Part shown: positions 8,314 to 14,127 of the stretch, piece by piece | Layout of the letters: the number at the start of each line of letters is the position of its first letter | Position numbering within the stretch: position 1 is the first letter of the stretch | IMG/VR virus record: IMGVR_UViG_3300027820_000029 | Span: 14,039-78,038 of that record | Source: a virus | Lineage: Duplodnaviria > Caudoviricetes | Reading direction: 5' to 3' (one strand) | Length of the DNA: 64,000 nucleotides | The notes under the pieces: model-generated | The model's input: only the letters and a program-made list of their open reading frames with translations | Told to the model about the DNA's origin: nothing | The model's database searches: none | Made by a program: the position numbers and the translations under genes

Positions 8314-8378
8314 GAAAGTAGCGGATTCCCGCGGCGGCGCAAAAAAGCGTCAAGAAATTGACGCTTATGTTACAAAAT

Positions 8379-8404
8379 CTAGGGAGATAAATATATCTCC
8401 CTAG
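8379..8404 (-). terminator. Hairpin, probable terminator of the 8420-9224 operon
   Basis: 11-bp arms CTAGGGAGATA/TATCTCCCTAG followed by ATTTTG on the minus strand. Confidence 0.6.
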
Positions 8405-8419
8405 GAAAAGCAACAAATT

Positions 8420-8629
8420 TTATGCAAATTTAATGAAGCCCTTAAAATCTACCGCTAATTCGTATGGAGCATAATAAAATACTTCAGACACAAAATCATT
8501 TATATCTTCAAATTCGATCTCGAATGTTTCATCAATATCTTTATTTTCAGATTCAGAATTTTTCGATACCCAACATTTTCCATTTGAAATTGGGGTGTCA
8601 TGTTTAATATGTAAGTATAATTCTTTCAT
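8420..8629 (-). CDS. Acidic hypothetical protein
   Basis: ATGA overlap with the upstream gene. Confidence 0.65.
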   Translation of the reverse strand: MKELYLHIKHDTPISNGKCWVSKNSESENKDIDETFEIEFEDINDFVSEVFYYAPYELAVDFKGFIKFA

Positions 8630-8931
8630 TCATAAAACTCCTGATATGCTAGTCTACACCAGCGTTTAAAAATTTTTCCGTGGTTCCAGGCTTTACCATT
8701 TTCAGCTTGCCATACATGAATCATTTCATGCACCAGGGTATTGAATTTTTCCTGTTTTGATAGTGTTTCGGATATTCCTATAACCAATCCGCCGAGTTGC
8801 GTAGTTGTAAAACCATCTATTAAATAAGTGACATCAAATTGTTTTTTGCTACCATCAAATTTTATGATGTCAACACTAGGCAACTCGCTACCAAAAAGAC
8901 GGTCATTCACTTTGTTGTATAGCGAGCGCAT
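8626..8931 (-). CDS. SprT-like zinc metalloprotease domain protein
   Basis: TLVHEMIHVWQ...HGKIF motif; RBS GGAGG. Confidence 0.8.
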   Translation of the reverse strand: MRSLYNKVNDRLFGSELPSVDIIKFDGSKKQFDVTYLIDGFTTTQLGGLVIGISETLSKQEKFNTLVHEMIHVWQAENGKAWNHGKIFKRWCRLAYQEFYE

Positions 8932-8942
8932 AGTTCCTCCTT

Positions 8943-9224
8943 TTAGATAAAACCGTTTAGTGGGCCATAAACGAAGGTGGTGGGAATTGCCCGCGTTATT
9001 TCATTTTGCCAGTAAGTGAAGTAGTTCACCTTGCCGGATTTGTTTATCCACCGAAACTGAATTTCATCAGCTCCAAGGTCATGCTTGAGGGATTCCAAAT
9101 TTCGCTTACTGCAATAACAACCGCGCAGAATGTAAAAATCAATGCCAGAATTCCAATCAGAAAGAACATCTCTTTTCGTTTCATATTTTGCTCCATAAGC
9201 GGGTACCAAAGTGATTAAAGACAT
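8943..9224 (-). CDS. Hypothetical phage protein (MSLITLVPAYGAKY...)
   Basis: Start moved to 9224 on the basis of an AGGAGA RBS and the promoter at 9252-9280. Confidence 0.75.
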   Translation of the reverse strand: MSLITLVPAYGAKYETKRDVLSDWNSGIDFYILRGCYCSKRNLESLKHDLGADEIQFRWINKSGKVNYFTYWQNEITRAIPTTFVYGPLNGFI

Positions 9225-9240
9225 TGTGCAATCTCCTGTA

Positions 9241-9280
9241 ACTGAGAGGCTAGTATATACTAGCCTCTCAGTGATGTCAA
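9241..9280 (-). promoter_or_regulatory. sigma70 promoter embedded in a perfect 32-bp palindrome
   Basis: TTGACA-N17-TATACT; palindrome ACTGAGAGGCTAGTATATACTAGCCTCTCAGT at 9241-9272. Confidence 0.85.
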
Positions 9281-9492
9281 CTAATATTTTCCATTGCATC
9301 TTCAACGAAATATTTAGCTTCCCGTAGTCCACAATCGAATTCCCAACGAATAAGTTTAATTGCCTTAATTTTATCAAGTTTTCCGAGTTTAGCAGCAAAA
9401 CTGTAAAATAATTCAACATATTCTGGTGAACGATCTGTATCGAAACTTACATCATTCGGCAGATTTACCGTAGTTTTCAAATTTATATACAT
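9277..9492 (-). CDS. Protein with ribosomal L7/L12 C-terminal-like domain
   Basis: KIKAIKLIRWEFDCGLREAKYFVE matches the KI.vIK.vR...gL.eAK.lVe pattern. Confidence 0.7.
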   Translation of the reverse strand: MYINLKTTVNLPNDVSFDTDRSPEYVELFYSFAAKLGKLDKIKAIKLIRWEFDCGLREAKYFVEDAMENIS

Positions 9493-9509
9493 AACAATCT
9501 CCTGTAAGT

Positions 9510-9546
9510 GAGAGGCTAGTATATACTAGCCTCTCCTAGATGTCAA
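9510..9546 (-). promoter_or_regulatory. Second copy of the palindrome-embedded promoter
   Basis: 26-bp palindrome GAGAGGCTAGTATATACTAGCCTCTC; TTGACA-N17-TATACT. Confidence 0.85.
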
Positions 9547-9756
9547 TTAAAAGTTTTCAGGATTTACCCGGCGGAGCCAGGTAGCAACGGTTTCAGGATA
9601 GATCGCTGTTGCCAGCGATTCAAGTGCTGTAGCATCTTTAAACTCGCTGCGCTTGAAAGTAAAGTAGCTTTTTAGCGCCTTATTTCGACGAGTGTTATTT
9701 TCCGCCAGGTTGCGATCTTTACGGGTGGATTTTTTGGTACAGGTCTTTTTGCTCAT
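9547..9756 (-). CDS. Small basic hypothetical protein
   Basis: RBS GGAGAG; promoter TTGACA-N17-TATACT at 9809-9837. Confidence 0.7.
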   Translation of the reverse strand: MSKKTCTKKSTRKDRNLAENNTRRNKALKSYFTFKRSEFKDATALESLATAIYPETVATWLRRVNPENF

Positions 9757-9833
9757 AATTTACTCTCCGCCGAATTTGTGTGCCAGATAAAATATCGCCA
9801 CTGAGATAAGTATAGTCAAAATTTCATTCATTG

Positions 9834-9920
9834 TCAAGGCCCTTTGTAAAGTATTTTAAAAACAAGCCAACCTACCGGCAAACTTGCGAGTGCAATAAAT
9901 AAACCAGCTAAAATTTCCAT
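9834..9920 (-). CDS. 28-aa single-pass membrane microprotein MEILAGLFIALASLPVGWLVFKILYKGP
   Basis: Read by hand; RBS GGAGA; own promoter TTGACA-N17-TATAAT at 9947-9975. Confidence 0.65.
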   Translation of the reverse strand: MEILAGLFIALASLPVGWLVFKILYKGP

Positions 9921-9973
9921 TCTTTAGTTCTCCAAATCAAAGATATATTATAACAAAATTCGGATCGCTTGTC

Positions 9974-10030
9974 AACATCGGTTTTTAACATCGCTTTTTA
10001 ACATCGGTTTATAACATCGGTTTATAACAT
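9974..10030. repeat. 13-bp tandem repeat AACATCGSTTTWT, four copies plus a partial
   Basis: Units start at 9974, 9987, 10000, 10013. Confidence 0.9.
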
Positions 10031-10357
10031 GTCAATTTTTTGACACACCGTCAATTTTTTGACACACCGTCAATATTTTGACACATGCAAGAATCATGCC
10101 AGCGTCAAAATATTGACACATGCAAAAATCGTGCCAACCTGGCACCGCCAATTTGTTGACGCCCGCGCTCCCCTCTAGGCCACCTCCCCATATGCTGAAT
10201 TGAGGCCCATTGTAGCACGGATTACAGCCAGGCACAACCCCTTTTGGAAAATAAATATTGGCACATTTCTTGCTAATGCAATTATCGTGCCAGGTCCGCC
10301 GGCGCTTTTCATAAAATGTTTTTATGGTGGTATAAAAAAATTTAGTGCATAAAGTTG

Positions 10358-10386
10358 TTGCTATGTATACGCGGTTCCTGTATCAT
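10358..10386 (+). promoter_or_regulatory. Orphan sigma70-type promoter
   Basis: TTGCTA-N17-TATCAT followed by GAAAGTAGCG, as after the 8285 promoter. Confidence 0.6.
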
Positions 10387-10510
10387 GAAAGTAGCGTGCC
10401 CTGCTCGGGCGCCGTCAACAAGTTGACGGTATAAGGAGCGTCAATTTCTTGACGCATTTTGGTGCAAGGGCGCCAAAAACCCCTTGAAAATCAAGGGGTT
10501 ATGAAGCAGT

Positions 10511-10708
10511 CTACCAAGCTGAATATCCGGGTTCCGTGATGTAAATTTCGCGGCACAAGTCATCAGTGTAGCCATGATCTGGCATGATTATTGCATCAGA
10601 TGGAAGATCCATCTGCTCACGCACATAGTCGCAAGCTGCCGCCCAAGTGTCAAATTCTTGACGGTAGGTTCCATCTTCTGCGTTCAGAACTGTAAGGTAT
10701 TTCGACAT
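10511..10708 (-). CDS. Small acidic hypothetical protein
   Basis: Start moved to MSKYL (GAGG upstream). Confidence 0.65.
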   Translation of the reverse strand: MSKYLTVLNAEDGTYRQEFDTWAAACDYVREQMDLPSDAIIMPDHGYTDDLCREIYITEPGYSAW

Positions 10709-10768
10709 AGTTTTGTTGCCTCTTTGAAAGTTGCCACCGCCAGGAATTTGACGGTGGCTTAGTGTCAA

Positions 10769-11032
10769 CTAAATGGCGGTCCAGCTTGAGCGGTCGATCA
10801 TAGACGGCATGTCGCGCGCTGGCACAAAATTAACATGACCGTCAAGAATACGGCAGAACCAGCCGTCCAAAAAACCTTTCTTTACCATGCTAATAACATG
10901 GGTTTTACGCGCCTGTTCAGAGCCCATGAAAAACTTAAAACTTTTGACTGGTAAGGTAGTCAAAATTTTGACGGTAGCCTTTCGTCCAGCAACGGTCTGT
11001 TGGTGGGTACATGTCGATTTGTATGTGTTCAT
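10769..11032 (-). CDS. Hypothetical protein
   Basis: RBS GGAG; in operon. Confidence 0.65.
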   Translation of the reverse strand: MNTYKSTCTHQQTVAGRKATVKILTTLPVKSFKFFMGSEQARKTHVISMVKKGFLDGWFCRILDGHVNFVPARDMPSMIDRSSWTAI

Positions 11033-11035
11033 ATA

Positions 11036-11155
11036 TTAGACTCCAAAAATTGAGCTGAGGATAACGGCAATGGGAGCGCCTAGAAAAGCACTCAAGAAAA
11101 TCACAAGAAACTTCCAATCACACTTGGCATGAAATTTGCTGTAGTCATAAACCAT
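11036..11155 (-). CDS. 39-aa membrane microprotein MVYDYSKFHAKCDWKFLVIFLSAFLGAPIAVILSSIFGV
   Basis: Read by hand; RBS GAGGT; promoter TTGACA-N17-TAACAT at 11207-11235. Confidence 0.6.
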   Translation of the reverse strand: MVYDYSKFHAKCDWKFLVIFLSAFLGAPIAVILSSIFGV

Positions 11156-11334
11156 GGTAATACCTCTGGTAGGGCGGGTGGTGGTGGTTTTTTGTAACAT
11201 GCGAGCATGTTAATCCTATTTTCTATTCTTGTCAAGCTTTAAACGCATTGAAATAAAAATAAATTCTAGTTTCTTTTTATGTGCCCATAAAAAACTTTTG
11301 GGGCATATTTTGTGTCAATATCTCTAATGGGGTA

Positions 11335-11364
11335 TTGACAAGTAAGGGATAGCTGTGGTAAAAT
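11335..11364 (+). promoter_or_regulatory. Orphan sigma70-type promoter
   Basis: TTGACA-N18-TAAAAT then TGGCGCC; same layout as the 4884 and 8182 promoters. Confidence 0.65.
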
Positions 11365-11386
11365 TGGCGCCGCCAAATTTTTGACG

Positions 11387-11500
11387 CATAAGCTACGCTT
11401 ATGCGCGCATAGAAACATCCTATTTGACGTCAAAAATCTGGCACATAAGCTCAGCTTATGCGCGCATAGAAACATCCTATTTGACGTCAAATTCCTGGCG
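11387..11500. repeat. 57-bp tandem duplication built from small palindromes
   Basis: Units at 11387 and 11444 each contain CATAAGC..GCTTATG, ATGCGCGCAT and TTGACGTCAA. Confidence 0.9.
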
Positions 11501-11680
11501 GCGCTGTTCGCGCCTGGCGTTATGACGCCAGGGCCTCCGGCAGGGTGGAAGCCAGGCCAGCGGGCCTGGCATGCTTTTTGACTTGCAAAAGCTATGCCAA
11601 TATTTATTTTCTGAAAAGGGTTGTAATGCTCAGCCAGGCTGTTATACTGCACTCTCACCCACACAGAAAAGGACCGAAAA

Positions 11681-11899
11681 ATGAGCATATCCGTCAAAAT
11701 CGTAGAACACGCCGCGCACCATTGCTTCCAGGATGCTATCCGCATCAACACCTTTCGTGAGTGGGAAGAATGCCATCACCGGCTGTCGGGGATGGTAACC
11801 TTGGCAATCTGGGCAGACGCCAGCCGTAGCGCAAAAACCACACTACAATTATTGCGAGACATCGCAATGGAACGCAAATGGATGACTTTTGACGCTTAG
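11681..11899 (+). CDS. Hypothetical protein, the only credible plus-strand ORF in this segment
   Basis: RBS AAGGA; TTGTAA-N16-TATACT at 11621-11648. Confidence 0.55.
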   Translation: MSISVKIVEHAAHHCFQDAIRINTFREWEECHHRLSGMVTLAIWADASRSAKTTLQLLRDIAMERKWMTFDA

Positions 11900-12143
11900 C
11901 GTCAAAAGTTTGACCACCCGTCAAATCTTTGACGGGTGGGGGCGGTTATCGGACTTGGTCCGAGGCTCCTCGGACCTCACTACCCCACGCGTAAACGATA
12001 CAAGGTTTTTGAGAAACTACTACAAGGTGTATAAGATTTTTGAGAAACCAAGGTATATTTTTTGCATTGATTTTAGAGAGCTAAAATAAAATATTAACTT
12101 TAATATGCTAATCTACACCTAGCCTAAAAAGTATCAAGTGGGA

Positions 12144-12172
12144 TTGACATGGACAAAAAAATTTGATATAAT
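12144..12172 (+). promoter_or_regulatory. Promoter of the late/packaging operon
   Basis: TTGACA-N17-TATAAT with a TG extension, upstream of terS. Confidence 0.8.
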
Positions 12173-12205
12173 GCAATTTAATAATAGAAAAAATAAGGAG
12201 TACAC

Positions 12206-12661
12206 ATGTCTAATGCAATGATGAATCCAGAAGAAACTTATAGGATGCCACCAGAATTGCTAGAAGTTACTACTAGATATTTAGAAACAGCTAGTATAGA
12301 AGAAACAGCAAGTACATTAGATATACCTGTAGAAAAGGTAGTATACTATTTAAATAAAAAAGAGTCAAAAAGATTTATAGATACAATCTTCTTAGAACAA
12401 GGATATATAAATAGAACAAAGCTACAATCCACTCTAGATACAATTATAGATAAAAAACTGCTAGAGTTAGAAGAAGCAGAGTTAACTAGTAATAAAGACA
12501 TTGCAGACTTATTAACTCTAGCATTAAAAATGCGAGAAAGCTTTGTAAAAGATTTAGTAGCAGAACCAAAAGAAACACAACAAACAAACGTACAAGTTAA
12601 TGGCCCAGCAAATTTTGGGCTTAATTATAATAATTTACTAACTAAACTTATTGAGGATTGA
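12206..12661 (+). CDS. terS: Terminase small subunit, T5-like
   Basis: IDTIFLEQGYINR...IIDKKLLELEE...SNKDIADLL...QTNVQ resembles T5 TerS; first late gene. Confidence 0.85.
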   Translation: MSNAMMNPEETYRMPPELLEVTTRYLETASIEETASTLDIPVEKVVYYLNKKESKRFIDTIFLEQGYINRTKLQSTLDTIIDKKLLELEEAELTSNKDIADLLTLALKMRESFVKDLVAEPKETQQTNVQVNGPANFGLNYNNLLTKLIED

Positions 12662-12662
12662 C

Positions 12663-12926
12663 ATGGTAGACGAAACAAGATGGAGACATCATAGAAGAGC
12701 ATTCGCTTCAGCAACAACAAGCGCAGCAGTGACAAAAAGTGACAGCACTGTATTAGATTTTAATGCACTATTTGTAGGAGGCGGTGGAGACGTAAGTATA
12801 GACCATGAAGAAGGCGGAGCAGCAGTGGTTTATTTAGGCGTATTACCTGGTTCAATCCTACCTGTTAGTGGAGTTAGAGTAAATGCAGCTACGACTGCAA
12901 CTAATATAGTTTGGATGAAGTGGTAG
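12663..12926 (+). CDS. Small putative virion protein
   Basis: RBS GAGG; beta-rich sequence (LFVGGGGDV...ILPVSGVRVN). Confidence 0.7.
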   Translation: MVDETRWRHHRRAFASATTSAAVTKSDSTVLDFNALFVGGGGDVSIDHEEGGAAVVYLGVLPGSILPVSGVRVNAATTATNIVWMKW

Positions 12927-13108
12927 TGGGAACTTTAGCTATCATTGGAATATCTACAGCAAGTATGCCTAATAGACTTTTCAGAGGTATATTAGCTTCT
13001 AGTGGTACATTTATACTTACTGGTAGCACTATTTCAATACCTAAAAAATTAGAAGCTACTAGTGGTACATTTACACTTTCTGGTACTTCAGTTACATTAG
13101 GATCATAA
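12911..13108 (+). CDS. Small protein with two SGTFxLxG repeat units
   Basis: SSGTFILTG and TSGTFTLSG are related to the repeats in 19138 and 24190; start uncertain. Confidence 0.55.
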   Translation: MDEVVVGTLAIIGISTASMPNRLFRGILASSGTFILTGSTISIPKKLEATSGTFTLSGTSVTLGS

Positions 13109-13109
13109 A

Positions 13110-13382
13110 ATGGCAAAACAAGATATAGACTTAGGTACCGGTCCAGATACACCTGGAGCTGATAATTTATATGAAGCATTTAGCAAAGTAAAAGATAACT
13201 TTGATGAACTTTATGCTGAAAAAATTATACTTGTTAGTGAATATACAGTAGCAACTTTACCTTCAGCATCAACATATGATAATGCAATTATTATTGTATC
13301 CGATGAAACTGGGGGTAGAACCTTAGCTACTAGTGATGGAGATAAATGGTATAGAGTTAGTGATGGAGTTGAAGTTTCATAA
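13110..13382 (+). CDS. Virion protein with T4 gp9/gp10-like N-terminal module
   Basis: MAKQDIDLGTGPDTPGADNLYEAFSKVKDNFDELY. Confidence 0.75.
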   Translation: MAKQDIDLGTGPDTPGADNLYEAFSKVKDNFDELYAEKIILVSEYTVATLPSASTYDNAIIIVSDETGGRTLATSDGDKWYRVSDGVEVS

Positions 13383-13744
13383 TGGCTAAACAAGCAATAG
13401 ACATGGGTACCGGTCCAGATACACCTGGAGCTGATACATTAAACTCTGGATTTACAAAGGTAAATGCCAATTTTGATGAATTATATATTAGAAATGGTGA
13501 ATATACTCCCGCAGGAGTTTTAGTGTATCCATATATAAATGCACAAACTGTAGTTTATGCTAGCGGTATTGTAGATTATGTATCTACATCTTATGATTCT
13601 AAAACATGGACTCTAGGCCCTTCCGCATATAATGCTGTAGGACAAGTAACAGAAATAACCGCTACAGATAGTATCACAGAATGGACAAAAACTATTGCTT
13701 ATACTAATGGTGTAGTATCTAGTGAAGGAGAGTGGACAACATGA
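13382..13744 (+). CDS. Virion protein with T4 gp9/gp10-like N-terminal module
   Basis: MAKQAIDMGTGPDTPGADTLNSGFTKVNANFDELY. Confidence 0.75.
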   Translation: MAKQAIDMGTGPDTPGADTLNSGFTKVNANFDELYIRNGEYTPAGVLVYPYINAQTVVYASGIVDYVSTSYDSKTWTLGPSAYNAVGQVTEITATDSITEWTKTIAYTNGVVSSEGEWTT

Positions 13745-14127
13745 GTTTAGCCGATGCTATACTAGGAAGTATAAAAATACCTAATAATGCTTTACAAGTA
13801 AGTACTGGATATATGGAAGTAAAATATCTAGCCAATGCATTAAATACTACTGGAACTAAAACTTCTTTAGAATATGGTGTAGATAATATATCATGGCCTG
13901 CTTCATTTCAACTTATTGCCACAGGACGAGGTTCAAATACTACTGCTGTAGAAATTGAAGTTTCTAATGATAATATTAATTATTCGTTCTATTGTTATCT
14001 ATCATTAAGTGGTGGATCTACAGGTATAACACGTACTTCAGGAATTATACCTTGGAAATACGTACGTATTACTTGTACTATATTACAGAACCCCGGTACA
14101 GGTACTTATTCGGTGATAATGCTATGA
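13741..14127 (+). CDS. Putative virion protein, beta-sandwich-like
   Basis: VEIEVSND...WKYVRIT pattern; ATGA overlaps at both ends. Confidence 0.7.
   Translation: MSLADAILGSIKIPNNALQVSTGYMEVKYLANALNTTGTKTSLEYGVDNISWPASFQLIATGRGSNTTAVEIEVSNDNINYSFYCYLSLSGGSTGITRTSGIIPWKYVRITCTILQNPGTGTYSVIML

Larger units (their letters stand above)
6878..11599. promoter_or_regulatory. Array of sigma54 (RpoN) -24/-12 sites TGGCAY-N5-TTGC
   Basis: Minus strand: 6878-6892, 8069-8083, 8240-8254, 10087-10101, 10122-10136, 10278-10292, 11585-11599. Plus strand: 10259-10273, 10580-10594, 11125-11139. Confidence 0.85.
6046..11933. promoter_or_regulatory. Array of GTCAA-N4-TTGAC palindromes (FleQ/FlrA-box-like)
   Basis: Exact copies start at 6046, 7722, 8349, 10031, 10050, 10069, 10104, 10414, 10440, 10649, 10959, 11901, 11920. 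Confidence 0.85.

Noticed and set aside
10031-10117. GTCAA/TTGAC palindromes as FNR/CRP sites or simply sigma70 -35 boxes
   Set aside because: FNR has the opposite half-site order (TTGAT-N4-ATCAA), and these TTGAC copies mostly lack a -10 at 16-18 bp
10032-10235. ORF 10032..10235 (-)
   Set aside because: Runs through the motif array; no RBS; composition not protein-like
10453-10467. NtrC-like site (GCATTTTGGTGCA)
   Set aside because: Only one good half-site and a single occurrence
11266-12089. ORFs 11266..11751 (-), 11381..11581 (+), 11545..11760 (+), 11889..12089 (+)
   Set aside because: They span the 57-bp duplication, promoters and boxes; no RBS; better explained as regulatory DNA
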